From NCBI GenBank assembly GCA_965223265.1, contig OZ244999.1, positions 3,648,001 to 3,712,000 of the forward strand: a stretch of DNA of 64,000 nucleotides, given 5' to 3'. The translations under genes and the position numbers were made by a program. This DNA comes from Planctomycetota bacterium. GTDB taxonomy: Bacteria; Planctomycetota; UBA8108; SXIK01. Below, one piece after another: positions 40,021-50,064 of this stretch (within the stretch, counting starts at the first letter, position 1; the number at the start of each line of letters is the position of its first letter). The notes under the pieces are model-generated. The model was not told the origin of the DNA. It worked only from the letters and a program-made list of their open reading frames with translations, and did no database searches.

Positions 40021-40164
40021 CCTCTGACTCCGTATCTGCATCTGTCTCCGTCTCCGCCTCTGACTCCGTATCTGCATCTGTCTCCGTCTCCGCCTCTGAC
40101 TCCGTATCTGCATCTGTCTCCGTCTCTGCCTCTGACTCCGTATCTGCATCTGTCTCCGCCTCCG
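40021..40164. repeat. tandem repeat, 4 x 36 bp
   Basis: Unit cctctgactccgtatctgcatctgtctccgtctccg, built of NNTCYG hexamers; no spacers. Confidence 0.92.
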
Positions 40165-40295
40165 CTTCCGTCTCTCCCTCCCGTCATCCCTACCCCCTCA
40201 CGGCGGGGCGTCGATTGCGATCCACAGCAACTTCGCTTACGATTTCGGTCCGAGTCACACACTTTTCTCCCGTCTTCTCCCAGCCCTCATCCCCA

Positions 40296-41489
40296 GTGAA
40301 GTTTTCCGTCACCTTGCCGATTGACGTCTGGGATCCGTCGCGGGGTGGGACCGAGCTCTATCTGGATCGCCTGTGCCGTGACCTGACTCAGCGGGGGCAC
40401 GAGATCACGGTGCTGTGTCTCTCGAGCCGCGTGTCACGCCCTGATGTCGACTCCAGGGGGTCGAGATTCCGCATTCAACACGTCCGCATCCCGATGTGGC
40501 CGCGGTGGCGTCGAGAGATTGCGTTTGCTCGCTTCGCCTGGCGCGAGCACGCGAACTCTGGGCGCGACGTGCTTTTTGCAGTCCGGCATGCGCTCAAGGC
40601 GGACCTCTACCAGCCGCACGGCGGGTCGTATCGTGTCGCACGCCGCGAACGCCTCAAGAGCTATGGCTGCGTGGCTCGGACGCTGCACACTCTTAGCTCC
40701 TTGGCACGGCCGACGTTTTGGGCGCTGCGCTGGCTCGACCGCGCGGTGTTCGTCCACTCGCCGGACGTCCTCGTCATCGCGGTGTCAGACAAGATCGAGC
40801 GCGAGTTTCGTCAAACGTATCCAACCATCGACTTTCGCTGCGTCCAGCTCCGTAACGCCGTCGACTTGGAGCGGTTTCACGATCAAGACCGAGACCTCGC
40901 GTCTCAGCGTCTCAAGGAGCAGTTGAACGTCGGCTCGGGAGAGCATGTCGCCGTCTTCGTCGCGCATCAGTTCTTACTCAAGGGGCTCCGTCACGCTATT
41001 GAATCGATCGCACGGTCGGCAGCCTGGCACCTGGTGGTCGCCGGACGAGGTCGACCGGCATCATTTCGGCGGCTGGCAAAAAAACTGGGTGCCGAACGCC
41101 GTGTCCACTTCATCGGTCCAGCGCGCGACAGCCGTACTTTGCTGGCGGCGGCCGACGCATGTCTCCTGCCGACTTACTATGACACCTGCTCGCTGGTCAT
41201 CCTCGAGTCACTCGCTTGTGGCACGCCGGTCGTCACCACGGAGCAGAGCGGACTTTCCGAGCTCCTCGCAAAAAGCGAGGGTGGGATCACGATTCCGAGC
41301 CCGGATGCGATCGCAGACACGGTGAGCGCTCTCGCAACCATCGCATCGGACTGGTCGCGTTATCACGCCGCAGCGCTCAGGGTTCGCAGCCAGATCGGAT
41401 GGACCGAACTCGTCGATGAATTTGAGCGCATCTTGACGCGCGCCGCACTGGAGCGTCGCCAGATGTCAACAAAACCGAGTGGCAGGTGA
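40296..41489 (+). CDS. glycosyltransferase family 4 (WaaG/RfaG-like)
   Basis: GGTELY, NAVDLERF, FLLKGL, AADACLLPTYYDTCSLVILESLACGTPVVTT. Confidence 0.9.
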   Translation: MKFSVTLPIDVWDPSRGGTELYLDRLCRDLTQRGHEITVLCLSSRVSRPDVDSRGSRFRIQHVRIPMWPRWRREIAFARFAWREHANSGRDVLFAVRHALKADLYQPHGGSYRVARRERLKSYGCVARTLHTLSSLARPTFWALRWLDRAVFVHSPDVLVIAVSDKIEREFRQTYPTIDFRCVQLRNAVDLERFHDQDRDLASQRLKEQLNVGSGEHVAVFVAHQFLLKGLRHAIESIARSAAWHLVVAGRGRPASFRRLAKKLGAERRVHFIGPARDSRTLLAAADACLLPTYYDTCSLVILESLACGTPVVTTEQSGLSELLAKSEGGITIPSPDAIADTVSALATIASDWSRYHAAALRVRSQIGWTELVDEFERILTRAALERRQMSTKPSGR

Positions 41490-41517
41490 AACGTTCAGCG
41501 AACCGGTCACCGAACGA

Positions 41518-42672
41518 CTATGTCGCCGATGAGTCCGGCCGCAGCGGATCGGGACCTCCCAACTCGCTGCGAAGAACCGATTCCATGATGTACCCTTCCG
41601 CCGTCCGTCGCGGCCCCTCGCAGTTTGCCTCTTCACGATACGCGGCCCTGGTCTTGCGGCGGCAGTACGACGAGTACATCTGCTCAGCCGTTGGATATCC
41701 GTCGATCGCGGGACGTCGCGACATCGCAAGGATCGAATTCACCTCGTCTGGAGTGACGACGACGAGATCGTGGTCCATCATGTACTGCTTGACCTGATTG
41801 AGCTCCTCGAACGAAAGAGCAAAGAGAAACTCCTGAAACGCCTGATGCTCGTCGCTCGGAACGTCATCACGCGAAAAGTAATTGACGAATCGAGACTCGC
41901 ACTCCGCAGCGATCAGTGAGAAAACTTCGGTGACGCCCATCATCGATCCGAAAATCGTCCGCACTTTCCCTCGTGCACGCCAAGCCGAAAGAAGCACCGA
42001 TGGGAAACTCTCAACCGACAGCTCGACACTTTGGTTCCACGTCAGGATCAGCTTCTCCGCGGCGAGCTTGCGGATCGGGACGTCACTGCTCTCGTTTGTC
42101 AGCACACTCGAGAGGATCTCATCGGAGAGTTTGACGTAGACGGCGTCACCGATGAGTCCATCGACTCCCTCCCGCGTCTCGCGTTGATCTCCGGGGAGGT
42201 AGTCAAGAAGGTGGCGTAGCGCACGAAAGAAGTTGATCTTGGTCTGCACAAAAGCGCGCCCGAGCACTGCCTTGGTAGGGATACGAAAGTCGAACACAGC
42301 GTCGCCGACGCTGCAGAGCGACTCGATGAGCGTTGTCGCATCTCGCTGGCGTCCCCCAAAGACCGACGGCGAACCAGCGGTGGGGGTCGAGCGAATGGCA
42401 CTAGCGAGCAACGGCAGGCTGCGCGCGGACTCCACGAGGTGCGATCGGACTCCGTTCGCCGCGTCCTCATCCAGGGCAGGAATCAGTTCGACGCAGCGCC
42501 GCAGCATTTCGAATTCCCGTTCGTGAAGACACTCCTTGAGTGTGGGGAGCTCGTGTTCTAACTCTTTCGGGGTCAAGGCATTCGCTCTAGCACCGATCGT
42601 CGGACTCAATCGTAAATCCCCGCTCTCGTGAGCGCAGGCCCCAGGATATCGTACCACAGACATCAACAACAC
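41518..42672 (-). CDS. hypothetical protein
   Basis: Long soluble, largely helical ORF with plausible composition; start uncertain; no family recognised with confidence. Confidence 0.7.
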   Translation of the reverse strand: MLLMSVVRYPGACAHESGDLRLSPTIGARANALTPKELEHELPTLKECLHEREFEMLRRCVELIPALDEDAANGVRSHLVESARSLPLLASAIRSTPTAGSPSVFGGRQRDATTLIESLCSVGDAVFDFRIPTKAVLGRAFVQTKINFFRALRHLLDYLPGDQRETREGVDGLIGDAVYVKLSDEILSSVLTNESSDVPIRKLAAEKLILTWNQSVELSVESFPSVLLSAWRARGKVRTIFGSMMGVTEVFSLIAAECESRFVNYFSRDDVPSDEHQAFQEFLFALSFEELNQVKQYMMDHDLVVVTPDEVNSILAMSRRPAIDGYPTAEQMYSSYCRRKTRAAYREEANCEGPRRTAEGYIMESVLRSELGGPDPLRPDSSAT

Positions 42673-42934
42673 GAAGGACGACCTTCATTCCATTCAGTTC
42701 GCCAACCACTCTTGTGTGCCTGCAGTTCTCTGACCTAAAACAGCCCTGAGCCGACCCATTCACCTGGCTCGAAGCACTGTCTCAACAAGCTGACGGCCCT
42801 GGGCACGCTCGGAGGCTAAAGGCTCGGTTTAGATACATTCCTCCGACTGCTCGCACAGAAGCTATAGCTTGCCTTGTCAGCGGTGAGTTGAGCTCGTGGT
42901 CAAAGAATTCAGTCATATTCTTGTTGACTTTTTT

Positions 42935-42951
42935 ATTTTGGACTCCAAACT
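42935..42951. promoter_or_regulatory. putative MarR operator overlapping the promoter
   Basis: Near-palindrome ATTTTGGACTCCAAACT just downstream of a TTGACT -35-like box (42924-42929) in an AT-rich patch before the redoxin-MarR operon. Confidence 0.55.
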
Positions 42952-42971
42952 ATCTATGGAGAACAAATTCC

Positions 42972-43484
42972 ATGCACCATCCTGTCGCACCAGATCTCAT
43001 CACCAGTCAGTGGTTCGGAACGGATCGCCCTCTCCGTCTCGTCGACTTTCAAGGCAAAGTCGTTGTTCTCGAGGCGTTCCAGATGCTGTGCCCAAGCTGC
43101 GTCACTCACGGGCTGCCGCTGATGAAGGAGGTGCGGCGAACTTTTCGAGAAGAGGATGTCGCGGTGATCGGTCTACACACAGTCTTTGAACATCACGACG
43201 TCATGAATCCGGCTGCGCTCAAGGCATTCATCCACGAGTACCGCATCGATTACCCGGTCGCCGTCGATTCCCCGGCAATCAATGGCGACACCCCGCAGAC
43301 CATGGCCGCATACAGAATGCGCGGCACCCCGACGACTGTGCTCATCGACCGACAGGGGAATCTCCGGGAGCAGATGTTCGGAGCTGTCTCGGGCTTGGCG
43401 CTCGGTGCAAAAATCGGGATGCTGCTCAACGAAGAAGCGGTAGGCTGCAATGAACAGGGTTGTGAGCCACGGAGAGGTATCTGA
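42972..43484 (+). CDS. redoxin / TlpA-like thiol-disulfide protein
   Basis: GKVVVLEAFQMLCPSCV, IGLHTVFEHH, GTPTTVLIDRQG; GGAG RBS before ATG 42972. Confidence 0.88.
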   Translation: MHHPVAPDLITSQWFGTDRPLRLVDFQGKVVVLEAFQMLCPSCVTHGLPLMKEVRRTFREEDVAVIGLHTVFEHHDVMNPAALKAFIHEYRIDYPVAVDSPAINGDTPQTMAAYRMRGTPTTVLIDRQGNLREQMFGAVSGLALGAKIGMLLNEEAVGCNEQGCEPRRGI

Positions 43485-43487
43485 GAG

Positions 43488-44156
43488 ATGGTGTCCGACG
43501 ACCCGCAAGGCCTTCCTCAGCGCGTCGCCACAGGCTTTCAAAAGATAGCTCTCGTGATGCGACATGAAGCGTGGAGGGCCGCAGGAGGCCGAGGGCTCAC
43601 TCCGACTCAGGCACAAGTCATATCGATCATCTCGAATGCAGACACACCTATTGGACTTGCTCAGGTTTCATCGGAGCTTGCACTCACTCCTGGCACCGTG
43701 AGCGAAGCGGTGCGTGTTCTCGTTGAGAAGGGCCTCGTTGAGAAGTCGCGCCACGAGCATGACCGCCGCGCGATCAGGCTACGTCTGACTCGCAAAGGGA
43801 AAAGAGAGGCAGGCACGAGCTCGGAAGCCGTGCGCACGATCGTCGACGCGGTGCGGTCTATGAATTCGGAACAGCAGAACGGCCTGATCCGTGGCCTGAT
43901 AGCAACCATCCGATCGTTACAGGAACAAGGACAAATTCCAGTTGCTCGCATGTGCGTCGGCTGCACGTTCTTCCGTCCGAATGTCCACATTGCCGCGACG
44001 AAATCGCATCATTGCGAATACATCGACGCGCCGATAGGGGACAGCGACCTGCGATTGGAGTGTAAAGACTTCGAACCCGCGGATGCCGAAACCAGCCGAC
44101 GTCTTTGGGCATCGCTTTGTGAACATCGCCCGCTCTTGGATGGAGACGCTGATTGA
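43488..44156 (+). CDS. MarR-family regulator with C-terminal Cys/His cluster
   Basis: GLTPTQ...TVSEAVRVLVEKGLV...DRRAIRLRLTRKG winged HTH; RMCVGCTFF...HHCEYID...LRLECKDF. Confidence 0.9.
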   Translation: MVSDDPQGLPQRVATGFQKIALVMRHEAWRAAGGRGLTPTQAQVISIISNADTPIGLAQVSSELALTPGTVSEAVRVLVEKGLVEKSRHEHDRRAIRLRLTRKGKREAGTSSEAVRTIVDAVRSMNSEQQNGLIRGLIATIRSLQEQGQIPVARMCVGCTFFRPNVHIAATKSHHCEYIDAPIGDSDLRLECKDFEPADAETSRRLWASLCEHRPLLDGDAD

Positions 44157-44205
44157 ATCTCGGGTTGATATCCTGTTGGACGAGCTAGAAGAAAGGAGCC
44201 CTTCC

Positions 44206-44436
44206 GTGACCAGCGCGATCTTTTACCATGCCGGTTGCCCCGTCTGTGTCGAGGCGGAGCGCACCATCGCCACAGCTCTCGACACTGACCGCTTCGCGGT
44301 CGAAATTGTTCATCTCGGCAAAGACAAAGGCCGCATCCAAGAGGCCCGAACCGCAGGCGTGCGCTCCGTTCCAGCCTTGGTCATCGGAGGCCAGCCGTTC
44401 CACATCAACCACGGCGCCGATCTCAGCGAGCTGTAG
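44206..44436 (+). CDS. small thioredoxin/glutaredoxin-like protein
   Basis: AIFYHAGCPVCVEAE...GVRSVPALV...FHINHGA; AAGGAG RBS before GTG 44206. Confidence 0.85.
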   Translation: MTSAIFYHAGCPVCVEAERTIATALDTDRFAVEIVHLGKDKGRIQEARTAGVRSVPALVIGGQPFHINHGADLSEL

Positions 44437-44507
44437 CTCGTGGAGCGGAGAACGCCGCGCGGTCACGCTCGGCGACTTACCATTCGCTTAGCTTCGAGTT
44501 AGCTTCG

Positions 44508-44608
44508 CAGCCCGTTGAAAAAGCGCTTCGAGCTGAAACTAGTCTCTTCGCGTCCAGCCGCGGCGAACGACGGCGTGCGTGAAGAGGCGGCTTCTCAGCG
44601 ACAGGCTG
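44508..44608 (+). repeat. internally deleted copy of the palindromic MITE-like element
   Basis: cagcccgttgaaaaagcgcttcgagctgaaactagtctcttcgcgtccagccgcggcgaac...gcgtgaagaggcggcttctcagcgacaggctg matches both arms of 62569-62739. Confidence 0.85.
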
Positions 44609-44617
44609 TGAGGAGAT

Positions 44618-46009
44618 TCAAACCTGAAGCGCCTCGCCGGCCCAGTCAGCCGCGGCCTCCATAATCGACTCAGAGAGCGTCGGGTGCGAGTGAATCGTGT
44701 GGTGGATGTCGTCGACGGTGAGTTCCGCGGCTTTGGCGAGAGCTAGCTCCCCAATGAGTTCAGTCGCTTCAGCGCCGCAGATGTGCGCGCCGAGGATTTC
44801 CCCGAATTTTGCGTCCGCGATGATCTTCACGAACCCCTCCGTATCACCGACAGCGACAGATTTGCCGTTGGCCGAGAACGGAAAGCGTCCCACCTTGACG
44901 TCATGTCCTTGATCCCTCGCTTCGGTCTCTGTCAAGCCAACTGAGGCGACCTGTGGGTGGCAATAGATGCACGCTGGAATGGTTGAATAGTCGATCGGTT
45001 GTGGATTCTTTCCCGCTATGTGATCTGCGGCATGGACAGCCTCGCCGCTGGCGACGTGAGCTAGCGCGGGTTGGCCACAGACGTCACCGATCGCGTAGAC
45101 GCTGCCAATCGACGTACGACAGTGTTCATCCGTTCGGACAAAACCTCGCTCGACGACGACACCGATCTCCTCCAGCCCCAGCCCTTCGGAGTTGCCGCGA
45201 ATGCCTACAGCCATGAGAGTCTTCTCCGAGACCACCTCGCTCTCCTTGCCGTTGGTTTCGAAGGTTGTCACCGTTTCGCCCTCACGGACAGCGACACCTT
45301 TGACGCGACTGGAAGTGTGAATCTTGATGCCGCGCTTCTTAAACGACCTCGCCAGTGCCGCGCAGATGTCATCGTCCCCAGTCGGCAAGACTTTGTCCAT
45401 GTACTCGACGATCGTCACCTTGGTGCCGAAGACCGCGTAGAAGTATGCGAATTCCAAGCCAATCGCTCCAGCGCCAATCACGGTGAGCGACGCGGGAACG
45501 TGCTCGGTCACCATCGCCTCCTTGCTTGAGATGACGTGCGCCCCATCGATCTCAACGCCAGGGATCGTCGCCGCATGGGCACCTGTTGCGATGATGCTGT
45601 GCTTCGTCGAAATTTCTTTCTGCTTGCCCCCGGATTCAACAACCGCTATGCGATTCGGTGTCACGAAGCGCCCGGATCCGTTCAATACCGTGATCTTGTT
45701 CTTCTTCATCAAGTGCGCGACGCCCTTTGAAAGCTTGTTCGCAGCGTCGCGGCTACGCTGAATCACCTGACTCCAATTGACATCGACGCTGCCGACGTCG
45801 AATCCCCACTGTGCGGCAGAATTCAAAAACTCGTAGTTTTCCGCAACTCGAAGCAGAGCTTTTGTCGGAATGCAGCCCCAATTCAGACACACCCCGCCGA
45901 GGGCGTCCCTCTCAACGATCGCCACAGACATTCCGTGCTGCGCGGCACGAATCGCGGCAACGTAGCCGCCAGGGCCAGCTCCTATGACAACAAGGTCGTA
46001 CATCTCCAT
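44618..46009 (-). CDS. lpdA: dihydrolipoyl dehydrogenase (E3)
   Basis: GAGPGGYVAA, GGVCLNWGCIPTK, GAGAIGLE, HPTLSE. Confidence 0.96.
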   Translation of the reverse strand: MEMYDLVVIGAGPGGYVAAIRAAQHGMSVAIVERDALGGVCLNWGCIPTKALLRVAENYEFLNSAAQWGFDVGSVDVNWSQVIQRSRDAANKLSKGVAHLMKKNKITVLNGSGRFVTPNRIAVVESGGKQKEISTKHSIIATGAHAATIPGVEIDGAHVISSKEAMVTEHVPASLTVIGAGAIGLEFAYFYAVFGTKVTIVEYMDKVLPTGDDDICAALARSFKKRGIKIHTSSRVKGVAVREGETVTTFETNGKESEVVSEKTLMAVGIRGNSEGLGLEEIGVVVERGFVRTDEHCRTSIGSVYAIGDVCGQPALAHVASGEAVHAADHIAGKNPQPIDYSTIPACIYCHPQVASVGLTETEARDQGHDVKVGRFPFSANGKSVAVGDTEGFVKIIADAKFGEILGAHICGAEATELIGELALAKAAELTVDDIHHTIHSHPTLSESIMEAAADWAGEALQV

Positions 46010-46087
46010 GATCGAAGGATCGTCCCGTCAAATGTGATTGGTCGGCCGCCACAAAAACGGCAGTGTGATTCGCCGTGACAACCGCCG

Positions 46088-47419
46088 TCAGAGCGCAAGC
46101 GATGCCGGATTCTCAAGTATCGTCTTCAAATCGCGCATGAAGTGTGCTGCTTGGGCACCGTCGACAACGCGGTGATCGCAGCTGATCGTACAGTCCATCC
46201 GCTTGCCGGGAACCAATGCGTCACCGTCGACGACCGGGACGTCGCGGATCGCACTGACGGCCAAGATGCAGGCTTCCGGAGGATTGATGATGGCGGTAAA
46301 GCTCTTAACCCCGAACATGCCGAGATTGCTGACTGTGAAGGTGCTTCCCTGGTAGTCATCGGGCGTGAGTTTGCGTTCTTTCGCCTTCTGAGCGAGCTCA
46401 CGAACCTCCGTGGAGATCTGGGACAGTCCCTTCAAGTGGCAACCACGGATCACCGGAGTCACTAAACCGTCAGGCAGCGCGACCGCGACGCCGATATCGA
46501 TCGACCGGTAGTGGCGCACGACGTCACCTTGCCAGGACGCGTTCAGGTTGGGATGCCGCGTCAGAGCGAGCGCTGCCGCCCGGAGCACAAAGTCGTTGAA
46601 ACTGATCTTCACGCCGTCGAGCTGATTGAGGTGGGTGCGTGCTTCCACGGCCCGCTTCATGTCCACTTCCATGCTGAGATAGAAGTGAGGCGCCGTGGTC
46701 GCGCTCTGCGACAGTCGCTCGGCGATCACTCGCCGCATAGAGCTGACCTGAACGTCCTCATAGGTCTGCGCCGGGACGGCGTCGTGACTGAGAGCCTGGA
46801 ATGGAGGCGGTGCAGTGCTTGCAACGACCGTTGTCTGCGATGTTTCTCTCGCGCGCGCCGCCGCCAGCGCACGTTCGATGTCGCGCTTCACCACACGCCC
46901 CTCTGGGCCGGTACCGGCGACCTCCCGGACGTTGAGTCCAAACTCGGCGGCCATGCGGAGTGCGAGAGGCGACGCCAACACACGACGGCCGTCCGCGTGA
47001 GAAGCCGGCGCGAGTGGCTCGGCGCGGATGTCTGTCGTCGCCGAGACAGAGCTCTTCGCAGCCGGCGCAGCGACAGCAGCGGTGTTCTGTTCACGTGTCG
47101 CTGAGCTAGGCTGCGCCTCCACCCTCGCGGTGGGCTGCGCTTGCGAAAGCCCCGCCAAGAGCTCCGTCAAATCCTCGTCCGGGCTCTCCTTGATCACAGC
47201 GATGGGCTGACCGACAGCGCAGCTCACCCCGTCGCCGACGAGGAGCTTGCCGATCACGCCTGCGTCGTATGCCTCGAGCTCCATGTTCGCCTTGTCGCTC
47301 TCGACCTCCGCGATCACCTCGCCCGGCTCGACTGCGTCGCCCTCAGATTTGAGCCACGACAGGATCTTGCCTTCCGTCATGGTGTCGCTGAGCTTCGGCA
47401 TCTCAATCACTATGGCCAT
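46088..47419 (-). CDS. pdhC: pyruvate dehydrogenase E2, dihydrolipoamide acetyltransferase
   Basis: Lipoyl domain MPKLSDTMTEG...EVESDKA, E3-binding ASPLA...GTGPEGRVVKRD, catalytic DHRVVDG. Confidence 0.95.
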   Translation of the reverse strand: MAIVIEMPKLSDTMTEGKILSWLKSEGDAVEPGEVIAEVESDKANMELEAYDAGVIGKLLVGDGVSCAVGQPIAVIKESPDEDLTELLAGLSQAQPTARVEAQPSSATREQNTAAVAAPAAKSSVSATTDIRAEPLAPASHADGRRVLASPLALRMAAEFGLNVREVAGTGPEGRVVKRDIERALAAARARETSQTTVVASTAPPPFQALSHDAVPAQTYEDVQVSSMRRVIAERLSQSATTAPHFYLSMEVDMKRAVEARTHLNQLDGVKISFNDFVLRAAALALTRHPNLNASWQGDVVRHYRSIDIGVAVALPDGLVTPVIRGCHLKGLSQISTEVRELAQKAKERKLTPDDYQGSTFTVSNLGMFGVKSFTAIINPPEACILAVSAIRDVPVVDGDALVPGKRMDCTISCDHRVVDGAQAAHFMRDLKTILENPASLAL

Positions 47420-47457
47420 GTCGCATTCCTTGTCTCGGTCTCGGCCCCAAGTGGCCC

Positions 47458-47484
47458 ACAGCGAACAGCGAACAGCGAACAGCG
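47458..47484. repeat. short tandem repeat (ACAGCGA) x ~4
   Basis: acagcgaacagcgaacagcgaacagcg in the pdhB-pdhC spacer. Confidence 0.8.
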
Positions 47485-47524
47485 CCGGGCACAAGGCCTG
47501 GCGACTCCTCGAGCGCGCAACTCT

Positions 47525-48505
47525 CTAATCAAGATACATGACCTTCTTCACAGCCCGGACGCCGCGCTCAACACTTGGTAGTACCGTCTTTTCGAGCGAA
47601 TGCGCGTATGGCATCGGCACGTCGAGCGACGTGACTCGCTCAATCGGTGCGTCAAGGTGGCTAAAGCAGCCGTTGTAGACGCGCTCCGCGATCTCGGCTC
47701 CGACGCCGCAAAACTTGAAGTTCTCCTCGATGATCACGGCGCGATTCGTCCTGCGAACCGAACGAAAGATGAGCTCGTCGTCAAGCGGCTTGATCGTCCT
47801 GACATCGATCACCTCCGCGTCGATGCCTTGGTGGGAAAGCTCATCGGCAACCTTCATCGACAGGTCAACCATCTTCGACCATGAAACAATCGTCACATCG
47901 CTTCCCGGCCTTTTGATCTCAGCCTGACCTATCGGGATCACGTACTCCTCGTCCGGGACCTCGCCCTTGTCACCGTACGTCATCTCGCTTTCGAGAAAGA
48001 TGACTGGATCGTCGTCACGAATCGCCGACTTGAGCAGCCCCTTGGCGTCCATCGCCGTCGAATACGTCACCACCTTGAGACCGGGAAAGTGAGAGTAGAG
48101 CGGCTCGAACGACTGCGAATGAGTAGCGCCGAGCATATGGGCTGCGCCGTTCGGCCCACGGAATACGACGGGGACGTTGAATTGCCCACCCGACATGAGG
48201 CTCATCTTCGGCGCGTTGTTGACGATCTGATCCACTGCTTGCAGAGCGAAGTTGAACGTCATCATCTCGATGATTGGCCGCAGACCGACCATCGCGGAGC
48301 CGATCCCCACGCCAGCGAACCCGCACTCCGTGATCGGTGTATCGATGACACGCTGCGGACCGTACTTGTCAAGTAACCCTTGACTCACTTTGTAAGCGCC
48401 GTTGTAGAAAGCGACTTCCTCGCCCATGAGAAAGACGTCCGGGTCACGGCTCATCTCTTCGTCCATGGCTTGGTTGAGCGCCTCTCGGATCTGTAGGAGC
48501 GCCAT
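47525..48505 (-). CDS. pdhB: pyruvate dehydrogenase E1 beta subunit
   Basis: GEEVAFYNGAYKVS, DTPITECGF, FRGPNG, HSQS, DVPMPYA. Confidence 0.96.
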   Translation of the reverse strand: MALLQIREALNQAMDEEMSRDPDVFLMGEEVAFYNGAYKVSQGLLDKYGPQRVIDTPITECGFAGVGIGSAMVGLRPIIEMMTFNFALQAVDQIVNNAPKMSLMSGGQFNVPVVFRGPNGAAHMLGATHSQSFEPLYSHFPGLKVVTYSTAMDAKGLLKSAIRDDDPVIFLESEMTYGDKGEVPDEEYVIPIGQAEIKRPGSDVTIVSWSKMVDLSMKVADELSHQGIDAEVIDVRTIKPLDDELIFRSVRRTNRAVIIEENFKFCGVGAEIAERVYNGCFSHLDAPIERVTSLDVPMPYAHSLEKTVLPSVERGVRAVKKVMYLD

Positions 48506-48507
48506 GG

Positions 48508-49545
48508 TTAGGTCCGCCTCTCGTTGCTATAGGGATCGTTCTTGTAGACAAAGTCGTACACCGTGTCAGGTGACGGCTCTGGGCTCTTCTCTGCTTGCTC
48601 CATCGCGCTTCGGATCTCAGCCGTGACCGCTCGGTCGATCTCTTTCATTTCCTCTTCGGTCGCGATCTCCCCTTCGATCAATTGCTGTGAGAGCAACAAA
48701 ATCGGGTCACGCCCGCGCTGCTTGTCGACCTCTTCCTTCGTGCGGTAATGCGAGTGGATCGGGTCCGACATCGAGTGGCCGCGAAAGCGATACGTGCGGA
48801 TCTCAAGAAACGACGGATGGCCCTTACGGGCCTCGGCGACTGCTTTGGCGACGCCATCATAAACCTTCAAGACGTCCATGCCCTCGATGCGGGAGTTCGC
48901 CATGTCGTAGCCGGCGGCCTTTTTGTGCAGGTCATACACAGAGCTCGCGCGCTCCACCGGCGTGCCCATGCCGTAGCGGTTGTTCTCGCAGATATACACG
49001 ATCGGGAGGCTCCACAGCGCGGCGAGGTTCAGCGACTCGTGAAACGCCCCGTTGTTCACGGCTCCCTCGCCAAAGAAGCACAACGTCACCGTGTCCTCTT
49101 GTCTGTATTTCGAGGCGAAAGCGAAGCCCGTACCCAGCGGAATGTGCGCCCCGACAATCGCATGGCCACCGAGGAAGTTCTTCTCTTTGTCGAAGAAGTG
49201 CATCGACCCGCCCCGCCCTTTAGAACAACCATCCACGCGCCCGAACAGCTCTGCGAAGCAAGCCTCCGGTTCGAGTCCGCGCGCTAGCGCCATGCCGTGA
49301 TCACGGTAGGTCGTGAGGACATAATCGTCCGGCCGGATCGTCGCCAAGGCACCGACAGCAACGGCTTCTTGGCCGATGTAGAGATGGCAAAAGCCACCGA
49401 TTTTGCCCTGGCCGTAGGCCTGCGCGGCGCGCTCCTCGAGGCGACGAATCCGAAGCATCTCGCGCAGCATGGACTTCAACTGCTGCTCTGTCAGTCCGTA
49501 GGAATCCACCATGGGTTTCTCTGTAGTCTTGTCGTCAACCGGCAT
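48508..49545 (-). CDS. pdhA: pyruvate dehydrogenase E1 alpha subunit
   Basis: [33 protein letters not shown]...[21 protein letters not shown]. Confidence 0.96.
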   Translation of the reverse strand: MPVDDKTTEKPMVDSYGLTEQQLKSMLREMLRIRRLEERAAQAYGQGKIGGFCHLYIGQEAVAVGALATIRPDDYVLTTYRDHGMALARGLEPEACFAELFGRVDGCSKGRGGSMHFFDKEKNFLGGHAIVGAHIPLGTGFAFASKYRQEDTVTLCFFGEGAVNNGAFHESLNLAALWSLPIVYICENNRYGMGTPVERASSVYDLHKKAAGYDMANSRIEGMDVLKVYDGVAKAVAEARKGHPSFLEIRTYRFRGHSMSDPIHSHYRTKEEVDKQRGRDPILLLSQQLIEGEIATEEEMKEIDRAVTAEIRSAMEQAEKSPEPSPDTVYDFVYKNDPYSNERRT

Positions 49546-49796
49546 GTTTCGTCCTACAGGTCTTCGGCGTAGGGGCGAGAATCATCCTGGAAAAAATTAC
49601 CGCCGTCCTGGCAGGACAGCGGCCACATCGAGCCGAACACTGGCACCTAACTATTTAATCTGAAAGAACTTATCGTCCACGTCGGGAAGCTCGCAAGCGT
49701 CGTCCACCATCGCACCCGGGGGGTTACCGTCGCCTGACGCGCTCGAGCACGCCGCACCGCTCGTCGATCGGTTCGGATGTCGTGCGGACCCGCCAC

Positions 49797-49898
49797 TCAG
49801 TCGCTTTCTTTACGGCGCCCCCACATGATGTATCCGACCCCCATGAGGAGAACCGGAATGATCACACCGGCCATGGCGAGGTAGGGAAAAAGGCTCAT
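49797..49898 (-). CDS. putative 33-aa single-TM small protein
   Basis: MSLFPYLAMAGVIIPVLLMGVGYIMWGRRKESD: one clean TM helix with a basic C-terminal tail. Confidence 0.5.
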   Translation of the reverse strand: MSLFPYLAMAGVIIPVLLMGVGYIMWGRRKESD

Positions 49899-50064
49899 CG
49901 GCTTTTCGTGACTCGGCAGCGCCTCGCGCACCCTAGTGCGATGACCTCTTTCACAGGCTGCGGGTGAGGCTGGAACTCGAAGTATCGAATTCGACAGGAT
50001 GCCCGCGATGGGAGAGGCTTGCAAGCGAAAGACGCTGGAGCGCGTGCGGGAATTCCACTTCCCC

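Noticed and set aside
40021-40164. CRISPR array (36-bp repeats)
   Set aside because: The units are directly adjacent with no unique spacers, are low-complexity hexamer multiples, and there are no cas genes in the window.
39831-40299. ORFs spanning the 36-bp repeat (143, 101 and 138 aa)
   Set aside because: They are repeat-generated open frames that cross the transposon TIR and/or the terminator; no credible RBS or domain.
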